Positions 47,031 to 61,491 of a stretch of DNA of 64,000 nt are shown piece after piece. The notes under the pieces were generated by a model, which was not told the origin of the DNA, did not search any database, and saw only the letters and a list, made by a program, of their open reading frames with translations. The stretch comes from Eledone cirrhosa (Eukaryota): positions 119,040,001-119,104,000 of the forward strand of contig OZ024743.1 of assembly GCA_964016885.1 (NCBI GenBank), given 5' to 3'. Every line of letters begins with the position of its first letter. Position 1 is the stretch's first letter. Made by a program: the position numbers and the translations under genes.

Positions 47031-48899
47031 ATACATTTCTTCATAATGCTACGGTAGCTAATTTTACCTACTACTATCATGTTTCAGTAAAAGATTTAAC
47101 TTTTACAACATCTTCTTCCTTTCATAATCCTGGCGTATTTAATGAGGCTCCAATCTCGTTTAGGTAAATTTCACTTATAAAATGATACTACCGGACTAAA
47201 CTTTAATATTCACACTTACGTGGTCGATAAAATAAATCAACGGCATGCACCGCGCACATGTGACATTGGATCTATGTGAGAAATCAATATTATTAATATT
47301 TGACTAGCAATATAGAGCAAGGAGTTTTCACATTCAGCAGGGCAGCTGAAACTTTGCAACATTTAGTTACGTCCCTTTGTATTCCAAATTTGAATGCCAT
47401 CGCGATTCATGCTGCCGTTTAAACTTCTGGAGTTTAAAATAGCGAAACAATTATTAGTCAAGTACTGGGGTCGATTAAATAGACTATACTCTACACTGAA
47501 AATGTGTAATTTTGTGACTATATTCAACACTATAGCAGAGTAATTAGAACATTAGATATATTATTGCCTTCCTGTATTTGTTCTGGTTCTCTGCGCCCCT
47601 GAGTTCACATACCTGAGTAGTACTGGCATCGACGCCCCTCTCTCTTTCTTTCTGTATGTATATATATATATATATATATAATTTTCTTTCAGAATCGCCT
47701 ACGATACGCGTGGGATGTCTTTTGCATTGTCCCTTTCTCTAGAAGTTAAGAAAAGTTGTGCTAGATGCTAATAATCTGCTCTCAATAAATCTGTTATGGT
47801 ATGGAACCACTCAAGGACATACAGCTTTGTGCAGTATAGCACGGGACGGAAATTCAGTTGTTAACTAGGCGTATTCTATAAATTTGTGACTTTTTCCCAC
47901 CCAAATAATTAATCGATATTACTATTGGAGAGTAACGGTGTAACAGAATCGGTAGAGCAGAAGACAAAATATCTTATTTCCAATTACATTCTGAATTTTA
48001 ATTCGGACGAGGTCTACTTTGCCAGTCATCTCGCTGGTATCGATAAGTATCATCCAAGGCCTGGAGACAAATTAATCGACCCTTCCTTCTAAATTTCTGG
48101 ACGTGTGCATATGTTAGAAGTCAGTCGATAGATCCTCCGTCGGAATCGACGAAAAGAATTCAGCTATGCGATTAACTGAAATATGAGCTGTGTTTGGTTG
48201 AATATACTATAGACACTTATACGCTTAATTTAATCTAATATGTGACGAGGTAGGACGTTGAATTACAGGTATAATCTCCGCGACTATCCAATTTCACTTT
48301 CTAAGCTTGGGTCAATGGTAAATAAAACACTTGCTCGAAAGCTAGAGGATTGGACACGAAACCACAAGACTGAAAATTGAACTTCTTAACCTTTCAGCCA
48401 TGCGTCTTAACATTAACCATCCCTAACATGGCATATATAGCAAGTGTCTACGATCACCACCGTCGTCACCGCAGCTAACACATTCGCCATCGCCACCGCT
48501 AAAACACTACCACTATTACCACCACTAACATCTCTATAGCTACCAATTACTACCACAGTCACAGACACAACATCATCACTAATCCTTGTGCCATCATCAT
48601 TAACAACACCACCACTACCAATAACATCCTGACAACAGTACTACTACAACCATTACAAGGTCAGCTACCTACATATCTAGAACTACAGCCACTCTCACCA
48701 AAAGATGTGGCTCGAAATAACAACTAAATCTCACTCAAATCACAGTCTAAAATGTCTTTCATCAGATGAATTCTAAACAGCAAATACTGAAGTTAGCGTG
48801 CCCACCAACGTCACCACCATTATCACTATTCTTAATATCCCCCCACCACCGTCAGCATATATATATATATATAATTATATACCAGTGTGTTGGTTGTGG

Positions 48900-48931
<32 letters not shown>

Positions 48932-48954
48932 TTATATACCAGTGTTGGTTGTGG

Positions 48955-49034
<80 letters not shown>

Positions 49035-49051
49035 ATATATATATATATATG

Positions 49052-49117
<66 letters not shown>

Positions 49118-49140
49118 CTTCAATTCCTGTAGTGGTCGTC

Positions 49141-49187
<47 letters not shown>

Positions 49188-49195
49188 CATATATA

Positions 49196-49226
<31 letters not shown>

Positions 49227-49347
49227 ATATATGACTACCACTACAGAAATTGAAGATTCAAGACCTTGGCGGTATGTCGTATAACCGATCTCTTATATAT
49301 TTTATCTGATGAAAACGTACTGAAACACCCTCATTTATTAATATTAT

Positions 49348-49526
49348 ATTGGCAGTATTGGTAGAGGGTCGGACGCCATGCTTTGACGCGTAGAGTTACG
49401 GCGCTTTCCATTCTGAGTTCAAATCCCGCCGAGGTTAACTTTGCCTTTCATCCTTACGGGGTCGATAAAATAAAGTACCAGTAATGCACTGGGTAATTGC
49501 TGGCCTTGTGCCAAAAGTAGAAACAA

Positions 49527-49530
<4 letters not shown>
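49348..49530 (+). mobile_element. Meta/MESC SINE
   Basis: ttggcagtattggtagagggtcggac...gtagaaacaatt. Confidence 0.88.
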
Positions 49531-49569
<39 letters not shown>

Positions 49570-49642
49570 CACACACACACATATATGTATATATATATAC
49601 ATATACACATATATATATATATACATTTTCCACACACTTTTC

Positions 49643-49674
49643 ACTTGAAGAAGGGCTTATGCCCGAAACGTCGT
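49643..49674 (+). ncRNA. Minimal hammerhead variant (UUGA core) in a (TA)n-flanked island
   Basis: AC, TTGAAGA (49645-49651), A, GGGC-ttat-GCCC, GAAAC, GTC^ (49670-49672), GT. AATAAA at 49711-49716. Island spans 49624-49763. Confidence 0.65.
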
Positions 49675-49763
49675 TCCCCACCACCACCCCACTCTCAAGA
49701 GCGTGAAACTAATAAACCTTTGTTCGTACTGCCTCTCTGTTTTGTTCCCGTTCAATTTTTCAC

Positions 49764-49827
<64 letters not shown>

Positions 49828-49834
49828 CATACAC

Positions 49835-49890
<56 letters not shown>

Positions 49891-49978
49891 GTATATATAT
49901 ACATATATACATATATACATATATACTGTATATATATATATATATACACATATATATATACATATATATACATATATC

Positions 49979-50019
<41 letters not shown>

Positions 50020-50047
50020 TGGTTGTGTTAGTGCATATATATATATC

Positions 50048-50086
<39 letters not shown>

Positions 50087-50419
50087 ATGTGTGTGCACTA
50101 CCACAACCAACACACTGCGGCGGCTGTTCAACAAGATTACTGCCACTCCTTCTGCTGACTCCCACATTTACTTATTCATTTTGCTTATTTATTTATTCAT
50201 ACACGGGTGCATTTTAAAAGTTATTCGTTGTTTTATTTTTCTCTCCTTTATTTTCTATGTCCCTCTATCTATCACTCTTCGTCTCATTCTCCTCAGTTCT
50301 TCTTTTTTTTTCTCTTCCCCCTCACTTATACACTCATTCTTACTAACAATTATTCCTCACTCACTCTATTCCATACTTTACGCACCTTTTTCTTTTATCT
50401 CTCCTCAGTCAAATTCATC

Positions 50420-50481
<62 letters not shown>

Positions 50482-50674
50482 CTATCTATCTATCTATACA
50501 TCTATCTATCCATCCATCTATACATCTATCTATGTATCTATCTATTTATCACGTTTTTATTGTATGTAAACTTCCCCCCTTTGTATTTGTCCCCTTCTTT
50601 TGTGCCCCTGTGGCTAATAAAGAAACATATCTATCTATCGCACAGTTTCTATTCAATTATATATACATTAGGTA

Positions 50675-50735
<61 letters not shown>

Positions 50736-50889
50736 ACTCACTCTTCTGACGTAAAGGGATGTCTGTCGATTTTAAGATGAGCATTAATTATTTCGGGCAA
50801 CTGAACTACCTGCTTATTGAATATATATATATACATATATATAAATGAAAGGTATAGAAAGTATTGTAGCAAGAAGCCAACAGTATTCC

Positions 50890-50925
<36 letters not shown>

Positions 50926-51344
50926 GTTGGTCTTATATTTGTTTCAGTCATTTAATTGAGACCATGCGAGGGCATAGCCTTGATGGGTTTCCGTCAACCA
51001 TGTCGACCCAAGTACCTATTTTATCGATCTCAATTCGTCGAATCGCTATGTTACGAGACATAAACAAACATCGGTAGGTGTTAAGCGGCATCACTTCTAA
51101 TAGAGATTGGCACACAGAAACACACACACACACACACACACATATGTGTGTGTGTGTGTGTGTGTATGTGTGTGCTTCTGCACATTATTCATCTATATTT
51201 CACTCATCAGATATTGGTTAAGTATAATAGAAAATACTTGCCGAAGGTCCAACGCAGTGGAACTGAACTAGAAGCCACGTGGTTGCGCAGCAAATTTCTT
51301 ATTCACACAGTTACGCATGGCTGTCGCACACACGAACACACATG

Positions 51345-51421
<77 letters not shown>

Positions 51422-51659
51422 CATGCAAATCATATATGTGTGTGTGTATATATGTATATATATATTGACGGGGGTCTTTTTATGAAATTTCTACATAAAA
51501 AAAAATTCCAACGTTAACTGAAAAAGCATTCAATATATAAATGTAGAGGAAGTTGAGTGTGTGTGTGTGTGTGTGCTAATATTAACACAAAATTTGGCTT
51601 TTCAGACTGTTTGAAAAACTACATTCCGCGAGGTGGCTGTGTATATATATATACATATT

Positions 51660-52045
<386 letters not shown>

Positions 52046-52068
52046 TAGATATAGATATATAGATATAG

Positions 52069-52139
<71 letters not shown>

Positions 52140-52761
52140 TATATTAACCTTCTTTTCTTCTTCGTCTTCCAGAACATGACCATCTCCACCGTCTCGACAC
52201 TGAGTGAACCAAGTTAAGAGCCACTACGCTGTTACTCGATATACTAGAAATAGCAGCTAAATATCCCTAGCGTCTTATAAAACCATAAACGACACTGGAT
52301 ATTTTAGTTCTGGATACATTATATCAAATAAAATTAGCTGGGATGACAAAGGCTGCAATGCATTTCATCATAGATTGCCCCCTCTGCATTTACTTTGACA
52401 TCGCTTAAAATTTAGGCTGTCCTAAAGAATATACAACAAACAATTCACAGAGCTATTATTTCCCATTTCTTTGCTCTCCTCTTTTATACTCCGTGTTTCT
52501 TTTCTTTTACACACACACACAACCATATATATATATATATAAGAAGTATGCTAGCAGCCAAAATATACGATAAAGTTATATCTGTACATATAGAGAGAGT
52601 TAACTGAGAATTCACCAATGCGTATATAAATATACACATGTTAAATGTGTGTATATGAATATACGCATAGGTGCAGTCTCGGTCACCCATTCTGTATGTA
52701 TATATAGAGAGAGGGGGGGAAATGTAAAATTGAGATTTTCATATCACTATACACACACGCA

Positions 52762-53420
52762 TAACTTTGATAGGGCCAGTTTGGCCCTTTAATAGCACCA
52801 CCTGGCGAAGTCTTCAAATCAGGATTTGGACATTATGGCCCACTGAAGTAGCGAGTTATTTTTTTACGGAGACGTATCCGGGATTTCTTGGAGGAATTTG
52901 TCCAAAAACATTTTGAATTTTATGGAATCTATTTCTGTTTTAATGTGTTTTGGTATAATGTTAAAGAGAGCGGGACCAGTTAAGGTGAAATAATTGTTTC
53001 TACTTTAGGCACAAGGCCAGCAATTACCCAGTGCATTACTGGTAATTTATTTTATCGACCTCGTTAGGATGAAAGGCAAAGTTAACCCCGGCGATATTTG
53101 AACTCAGAATGGCAAGGGCCGTAACTCTATGCGCCAAAGCATGGCGTCCGACCCTCTACCGATACTGCCAATCCACCACTGAAATAATTGTGCCGTATTA
53201 TTGTTATGAGATGCGAATTTCATTTCTGTTGGGGGCGGATAGCACGGGGCCCAAGCCTAAAGATGATACCAACAACATTTGGGCAATGTTGATGGAATAT
53301 TTTGCACATCAAGCAGATAATGGGGCACCCACACCGGGTTTGGAGAGAATAGAGTGTGAACTATTCTAGTCGACCCCAATAGGCAAGGTCTGTCATGCCG
53401 TCTTTTTTTTTGTGATTGAA
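52762..53420 (-). mobile_element. CR1-like LINE 3' end (same family as 14447), interrupted by a SINE
   Basis: Collinear with 14447-14960 from the same terminus (aactttgatagg...gcaccacctggcgaagtctt). Confidence 0.8.
52991..53179 (-). mobile_element. Meta/MESC SINE nested in CR1 with TSD
   Basis: TSD tgaaataattgt at 52986-52997 and 53180-53191. Confidence 0.9.
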
Positions 53421-53494
53421 CTTTGATATATATATATATATATATATTTATACTTATCAAAAGAAGAGGGAGGGGGGGGGATCGCGTGCGGCAC

Positions 53495-53615
53495 AGGTGA
53501 ATATTTTGTCAGACACTGTGACCCTGGATGGACCAGTAGTTGCGGCGGTAGCGGCCGAAACTTCACGTCCATTTCGACTGCTAATGACAACGGAGTTTGT
53601 ATATGTTGTATATGT
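53495..53615 (-). pseudogene. Fragment homologous to 9255-9365 (putative Penelope-like RT)
   Basis: tcagacactgtgaccctggatggacc...cgaaact...acggagtttgtat aligns by eye with tcagacaccgtgattccagatggact...cgaaact...acggagtttgtat. Confidence 0.5.
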
Positions 53616-53680
53616 TACCGATAAAATAAAGTACCAGTAATGCACAGGGTAATTGCTGGCCTTGTGCCAAAAGTAGAAAC

Positions 53681-53725
<45 letters not shown>

Positions 53726-53729
<4 letters not shown>

Positions 53730-53904
53730 AACATGTTCAAGACCCCGACGGCAGCTCACGCCGTTTCGACGGCTATTTCTGGACTATTTCAGTCCAGAAA
53801 TAGCGCGAGCTCTGCCGTCGGGATCTTGAACATTTTCCTATTACCCACTCTACTACCATAAGTATTGAGTACTCTGGTGCGTTTTAGTCCACCTGGTTCC
53901 TTCG

Positions 53905-53905
<1 letters not shown>
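53726..53905 (+). mobile_element. Family A fold-back mini-element
   Basis: Arms share atgttcaaga/tcttgaacat; apex ggact-atttc-agtcc; tail with TATTGAGTAC. Confidence 0.85.
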
Positions 53906-53960
<55 letters not shown>

Positions 53961-54009
53961 CGGGGAGAGATAGATATATTAGCGCAGGCATTGGTTGGGG
54001 TCACTACGT

Positions 54010-54282
54010 GACATGATGGACAGCGTCGTTATGACCAGTGCCTAATAATTGAAATCTGGTGGACGAAAACTGAGCGGAAGTCCGTCGTATATGTGGTGTG
54101 TTCGTGCCTGTGTTTACGTTTTTTTTTTTATTATTATTTGTCTCGCAACATAGCGGTTCGACAAGAATGGATCGATAAATCAAGAACCAAACTTGAAAAC
54201 TAATTAGTGAAATTGACATGTTTGACTAAATCCCTTAAAAGCGTGCCCCAGTATGAGCGCAGTCTGAAACCAGTAAAAGGAT
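54010..54282 (+). mobile_element. Diverged SINE-like repeat, 3' part
   Basis: ggaagtccgtcgtatatgtg...gatcgataaa...gtgccccagtatg..cgcagtctgaaaccagtaaaag; related tails at about 44660-44710, 50930-50980 and 58640-58680 (minus). Confidence 0.5.
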
Positions 54283-54350
54283 ATATCTGTATTTCACACT
54301 CCTCTCTATATGTATATGTATCTATATATATATATATATATATATATGTT

Positions 54351-54470
<120 letters not shown>

Positions 54471-54488
54471 TGTATATATATATATATA

Positions 54489-54644
54489 ACGAAGGAAATG
54501 TGGTAAGGAACCAGATGGACCATAACGCACCAAAGTACTCAATACTTAGGGTAGTAGAGTGGGTAATAGGAACGAGTAGGACCCCGACAGCTGAGCTCAA
54601 GCCGTCGAAACAGCTTGAGCTCAGCCGTCGGGGTCCTAGTCGTT

Positions 54645-54648
<4 letters not shown>
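54489..54648 (-). mobile_element. Family A fold-back mini-element (reverse orientation)
   Basis: Tail on the left (gtactcaata); arms taggaacgagtaggaccccgac.../...gtcggggtcctagtcgttccta. Confidence 0.85.
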
Positions 54649-54715
<67 letters not shown>

Positions 54716-55129
54716 ATATATAAATAACGCTCTGTGAGTGTCTGTATGTCTCCTTCATCCACCCTCCTTAATTTTGTGTCTATTCACGGCTTCTCCTCTC
54801 TTCTCTCCCCTTCCATCTCTCTCTCTCTCTCTCCCTCTCTCTCGCTCTCTCGTTGACTATCCTCCTTGCTCACTCGCCTTTATGCTTCTATCTACGTCTG
54901 ATACACTCACACACACATATATTGTCACCATATTCTTACTCCACCAGTCTCTTCAAATCATCCACTTCTCGTCGTCTTCCTACCACTACTACTCGTTATC
55001 TCATTCCTCCTCCCCCCACTCGTATTCTCTTTGCTTTAATCTTTTATTCTGCCGCTGTTTCATTGCTACTTTTACTACTACCACCATACCTATCGCTGCC
55101 ATACCCCATACCACCACAATCACTACCAT

Positions 55130-55145
55130 CTACTACTACTACTAT

Positions 55146-55215
<70 letters not shown>

Positions 55216-55277
55216 GCTGCAACTACGACCACTACAACCACCACCACCACCACCACCACCACCACCACCACCACCAG

Positions 55278-55310
<33 letters not shown>

Positions 55311-55899
55311 CTTTGCTGCTGCTGGTGCTCAAAACGTGGTGGCATCTATACAGTCGCTTAATTTGCTAGAAATAGCAGTTTTGCCTCCCTTAAATCCTAT
55401 CATTTTACAAAAAGAAACGCCATATAAGATTTTGTAATGCGTGATACCCAATATTCGAAAAAAAAAAAAAAAAATAACCCAGAAAGATTTGATAATCAAG
55501 GTCGGAATGCATTTAATTATCGTGTCTGCTCCATTAAGGCTCATCTGGAAAGCCAAACAGCCAGAACTACTACCACTGCTATTACTACTACTACTACAAC
55601 TACTATTACTACTACTGCTACTACAACTACTACGACTACTACTGCTGCTACTACTACTACAACTGCTGCTACTACTACTACTACTAGTAGTACTGCTACT
55701 GCTACTACAACTAGTATTACTACTACTACTACTACTACTACTACTACAATTACTGCTACTACTACTACAACTACTACTACTACTACTACTACAACAACTA
55801 TTACTACTAGTACTACTACTACTACTACTACTACTGCTGCTATTACAACAACAACTACTACTACTACTACTACTACAATTGCTACTACTACTACAACTG

Positions 55900-55944
<45 letters not shown>

Positions 55945-55985
55945 AAACTACTACTACTACTACTACTGCCACCACCACCACCACC
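55130..55985. repeat. Trinucleotide tracts (ACT/GCT/ACC)n
   Basis: 55130-55310 and 55567-55985; the source of the poly-T/poly-Y/poly-L pseudo-ORFs. Confidence 0.95.
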
Positions 55986-56354
55986 AGAACCATTGCTATT
56001 TTCTGTCGCTTGTATAAGCTCGACTATCTACACCCGGCACATATTTCCACAGCAACCACAACCCGAACGGGTAGCACTACATGTTCGCTCGAACTCCTAG
56101 AAGTAGCAGTAATGAAATTTACCTCCAATCACATCTTACTGTATAATATGGAACGCTCACGGGTTGAATGCCTTTATTGATAGGTATGTTCTACTAATAC
56201 TAGTGTTATCACCACATGCACCGACCCTAACACCAACACAGCAACAGTAACTACTACTGCTGCTACATCTGATGCTTCTGCTGCAGGTATAAATTTACCA
56301 AGGACAGCGTTGCCGTTGCCGTGAACTTGCCGCCTCAGTGAAGGCAGGCTTCCC

Positions 56355-56490
56355 CCCATCATGTCAAATACCGAGGTTTGACCGACCGCATCCTCTTTGC
56401 ACCGGTCTCCGTCGAGACTTCGGGTGGCCTTGATCCCCAGACTGCTGATTTCCTCCGTAAAGTTAGAAAGACAGCAGCCCTCGTGAGGTG
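56355..56490 (+). mobile_element. Restriction-like endonuclease fragment of a CRE/R2-group non-LTR element
   Basis: HVKYRGLTDRILFAPVSVETSGGLDPQTADFLRKV fits the KxxKY..L....FxPxxxETxG......FL motif. Confidence 0.65.
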
Positions 56491-56708
56491 GAGTGGCTGT
56501 TGCAGCGTGTGTCTCTGGCCATTCTCCGTTAGGTTAGGGTGTAGCGTATGCACCCTCCCTTTCCATTTCTTACGCTGCTTTTTTCTTTCTTTTTCTTCTT
56601 TACATTTCCTTTTTTTTTTCTTTCCTTTTTGTTCCCTTTAATAGTGTTTGGTTTTTATTAGATACTATTAAAACCCCAAAGATTTTATATGCTTGTGCAA
56701 CTGACCGA

Positions 56709-56741
<33 letters not shown>

Positions 56742-56932
56742 GACTGCTGCTGCTGCTTATTCTGTTTTGCTATTGCATATCTTATTGAAATAACAACACC
56801 TGTATTGATGGAACTCAAGTTATCAGGTGGTGTTTTTTAACCGGACAACAGATTAATCTTACCACTCATATCTATCAATGTATCTATCTATCCTTCTATC
56901 ATCCGGGCGTGGGCATCCTCTCTTTCTTCATT

Positions 56933-57115
56933 AATTATTTCTACTTTTGGCACAAGGCCAGCAATTATCTCAGTGTATTACTGGTACTTTATTTTATCGA
57001 CCCCCGTAAGGATGAAAGGCAAAGTTAAACTCGGTGGGATTTGAACTCAGACCATAAAGGGCCGTAACTCTTTGCTGCAACGCATGGCGTCCGACCCTCT
57101 ACCGATACTGCCAAT
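56933..57115 (-). mobile_element. Meta/MESC SINE
   Basis: Near full-length copy; imperfect TSD tcttcattaattatt/tcttcaataatatt. Confidence 0.88.
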
Positions 57116-58846
57116 CTTCAATAATATTGTAGTATCATGGACAACATTATCAAATATGTTACAACTGTAGTTTTTCGAATGATAAGCTGGAAATTAAAAG
57201 AAATTAGGCGGTTACTTTTAACAAATCGAGCAATCAAATAGAAACTACCTTGTTGATTCAAACTTTCCTCATATTATGAGCTACAATATGTCAAAGGTAT
57301 GGGTGATTTTGTAGGAACTTTCGGGAGAAAGTGACTAAGGTTGAATATGTTCTAATTTGATAGCTCTGATTAAGGAACAATTTCAAATTTGGTCGAACAA
57401 TTTTATTTGCGTTTGTAATTTGTTGTAGTCAGATCTGATTAAGCAGATGCAGGAACCATCGTTTAATTTTTTCGGTCAAAAAGAATTGGCAAAGCGGACA
57501 GAAGCATTAGGGTATTGGATGAAATGCATTGCGTTATTTATTTTTGATTCGTTGCTTACTGTGTTCAAATCTCGGCGAGCTAACCTTTGCCATTCAACCT
57601 TATGGGATTGATAAAATAAAGTATCAGTTTGGTGCAGCGAACTGTTACAATCATTTAAACCTTATCCTTGCGGTGATGTTCCTGCCCTTTGCGTTCTATC
57701 TTTCAATCACGTCTACTAGGATGGTAGTCTTAATCGGTCATTCGGTTTAAAATCACCACCTGTTTATTGGGTGCCTTTAGCGGAACCGACTTGTATTCGG
57801 GCCAAATGTTCAGTTTGAAGATACCTTCCTCCCACCACATTCGAGGCAAAAGAAAATTGTCTTGGGCCCAGATTTATGCGGTAAAAGGCGTACTATGTAC
57901 TACATTATCCACGTGAAATTATATTAATAGGAGGTAATTACACTACCAATTTCATCAAGTAAAAACAACACTTACCTAGTTGCTTAAAATGAGCAAGATA
58001 TGTTAATCCTTTTCATTGAAAGGAATAAACACAAGTTTATTATAAAAATTTTAGACTTCCCCAGCAATCTAAACCCTCCATAATATTATATACCCCAGGA
58101 TCCTCTATCCCATAACCTCAAGAAATATTTAGAGGGCAACACCCACATTCCCTGTTGTAGTGAGTAATTGAGCGACCCTCTATCCCATGAGTGCGTTATC
58201 AAACTTTACATTCTGAGTTCCAATCCTGCTGAGGATTGGTAAAATAAGTACCAGTTTAGCACTGGGGTTGATATGATCGACACCACCACTACCAAAACCC
58301 TGCTTCGTTATCAATCTATATATGAACTCAATGCAATTACCTCTTTCTTGCTTGGATTGAAACCGGGAGGGCAGAAATATGTCAGAACAACATTTTCATC
58401 TCTTGACCAAAATATGCCAAGAACAGAAATTCTGGCATTATAGATTTTGATGTTTATGCGGGTTTTTCAATCAAACTCACTTCGATTTATTTTTTCATCA
58501 ATAATGACTTCCAGTTATCTAGGGTTATCCGATTGCCCCCTGAGGGGCCAGCTTGAAAGAAGAATGTGATTATTTTCTGCAGGATTTTGTTATTGTATGT
58601 CTCTTTTTCATTAATGTGTTTTCTTTTTTTCCTTTTTTTTCACTGGTTTCAATCTTTTGTCTGCCGCCATGCTGAGAGACCGCCGTTGGGGTTTTATCGA
58701 TTATATTGACGCCAGCACTTTCAGAATATTTTTTCTCTATTTATAGAATAGCTAAGTCTACCCTTGTATAAAAGAACACAACAAAATACATAAATTCTAC
58801 AGAGTACTTTTTATTCGATGCAAATATTTAATGGCCATCGCGCACC

Positions 58847-58961
<115 letters not shown>

Positions 58962-59611
58962 GTATATATGCAACACTTTAATTCTTAGAATTTTAAAACT
59001 GAGTAGAAACCATACATGAAAATAATCATTCTTATTATAAAAAGAGTGAAAACCGGAATGCCAGAGTTAAACCACATATCCAAATATTTGTACTGGCCAG
59101 GAAAATAACACATGCAGAGATAAAGAAATGCCGTTAAGCATTACAGTTTATATGTCATATGAAGGTCTTTATTCATCGTAGCCTTAGGAATACTATACAT
59201 GCTCATAACAATGCCTAAGGATGCGTATACTTACTTTTACCAGTATGGATTTAAATAAAGGAATTTTGTGAATCTTGTCTATAAGCTAACTTGGTTGAAG
59301 CAAGGGACATCTTTCGATCTTCTCTAACTATGCTGTCTTAAATTGTTCCAAAAAAGGGATAAGTTCTGGCTATAGAACCTCTCCCTTGTTTGCTTTTCAT
59401 TTCCTGAACACTCCCAAGGGGAGTTTGGACTTGCAATTGCGATGATAGTTTCAGCTGATGGGAACTTTTTCGCCTCGCCGTATTCAGAATACGAAACAAT
59501 TTGTATGTATACACTATATACAGAGCGCTCTCGCTAGACATTTTTGCCTCTATCCTTTGTTCACATACACACACATGCGCAGAGCGCGAGCGAATTCATG
59601 TTTTATTTATG

Positions 59612-59670
<59 letters not shown>

Positions 59671-60696
59671 ATATATATATATATATAAGCGCACACATAC
59701 ATATATACAGATGCGCAAATACGCAGTTGTCTAGTTCGACTATCTTCTCCCACTCCTCCATTCTTTTCTTTCATCTCTTACTCATTAACTGTTCACTTCC
59801 TCCTCCTCCTTCTCCCTCCTATCCATAACCAAATTAACCATTCCCGGATATTGGCTAGTCTTCCTTCGCAATTCCTAGCTTACACTCTCCGCCCCCATTC
59901 TCCTTCCGTCATACTCATCTTCATTCACAGTCATTGTCATTAACATGACCTCTCCCTTTCTAACTCCATCATATCCATCTCTGTCTCCACCCACTTTCTC
60001 CCTTCCTCCTCCTGTTCCATCTTCTCCCATGACCATTTCTTTTCTTCACTATCTGCCATTAGCACTATTACTCGGATTAGCAGAATTATTGGAGCCTCCG
60101 ACAAAATGTCTTTGCTTTTCCAGTAACAATCCTTCTTAGGATCGATAAAATAAATACGAGTTTAGTACTGGAGTTGATATAATCGACTTCTCCCTCCCTA
60201 TAAATTACCGACCTTGTGCTAAAAGTAGAAATGAATATTATTACGAAGGAAGAATTGAAAATATATATTATAGATCTATCATGTAGAAGGTAGATATACT
60301 CATCTCCCCTCCACCATTATTGCTGGTATTGTATCGAAATTGGAAACTGTTACAATGGAGAACCGTTACAGGCAGAATTGATGGAATGGTAGACAGAATT
60401 CCTTGCAGTTTTTGTTCTGAGTTTTGCATTCTGTGTTCAAATCTCCGCGTCGTGAATTTTGCCTTTCATCATTACAGGCGATAACATAAAATGCCGGTCA
60501 AGTACAGGAATCAATTTAATCTACAAATATTTACACGGCCAAATTTCTGTCCTAAATACAATATTCTTCAATTATAAACTGAGTCATCGTGAGAGGAATA
60601 TTTTTAATGATAGAGTGTCTACATTAAACTTAGGTTGATCAATGCATTGTGAGGTAAATTTGGTAGAGGATATTTACATGTGTCGAAACGCTTTGA

Positions 60697-60895
<199 letters not shown>

Positions 60896-61052
60896 ATATC
60901 ATGACTCTGTTCTCCTTTTAATGTTTTATTGTTTTACGGGATTTATTTTAACCTACAACATTTTCAACATATGGATTACATTGAGTTCTTCATGCAGACT
61001 GGACCCCACAACTTACCGTGGATATCTTTGTGTGTGTGTGTATATATATATA

Positions 61053-61249
61053 TAGGAACAAGTAAGACCCCGACGGCTGAGCTCAAGCCGTTTCGACGGC
61101 TAATTCTGGACTCGTCCAGAATTACCCGTCGAAACGGCTTGAGCTCAGCCGCCGGGGTCTTACTTGTTCCTATTACCCACTCTACTACCCTAAGTATTGA
61201 GTACTTTGGTGCGTTATGGTCCACCTGGTTCCTTACCACATTTCCTTCG

Positions 61250-61250
<1 letters not shown>
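61053..61250 (+). mobile_element. Family A fold-back mini-element, best-preserved copy
   Basis: Arms about 61053-61111 and 61114-61172, apex ggac-tc-gtcc; GAAA-CGGC-TT in the right arm; 78-nt tail with TATTGAGTAC. Confidence 0.88.
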
Positions 61251-61292
<42 letters not shown>

Positions 61293-61294
<2 letters not shown>

Positions 61295-61451
61295 AAAGAG
61301 GGTGTGGGAAGACACCAGGTGGACCATAACGCTCCAGAGTACTCAATACTAAGGGGAGTAGAGTGGGTAATAAGCCACCAATACTGGTGGGTTAGTTCGG
61401 ATCTAGCTGTCGAAACGGCCGGAGCTCATCCGTTGGGGTCCTGACTCTTTT

Positions 61452-61455
<4 letters not shown>
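61293..61455 (-). mobile_element. Family A variant (B): tail plus one arm
   Basis: Tail gagtactcaatac...gagtgggtaata joined to agccacc...agttcggatctagctgtcGAAACggccggagctc. Confidence 0.75.

Positions 61456-61487
<32 letters not shown>

Positions 61488-61491
<4 letters not shown>

Noticed and set aside
49306-49332. CTGATGA...GAAAC hammerhead-like spacing
   Set aside because: No convincing stem II or stem I pairing.
54738-56180. Mucin-like poly-Thr, poly-Leu and poly-Tyr ORFs
   Set aside because: Trinucleotide repeats open in several frames on both strands; no splice or domain evidence.
59050-59500. Possible decayed Tc1/mariner transposase on the minus strand (LIPFL, LNP)
   Set aside because: Motifs are too short and degenerate to support without a frameshift-aware search.
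61053-61250. Family A as a classical MITE or pre-miRNA
   Set aside because: The inverted repeats are not terminal (there is a one-sided tail), the apex varies between copies and the arms co-vary per copy. This fits retro-derived fold-back better; miRNA status cannot be judged from sequence.
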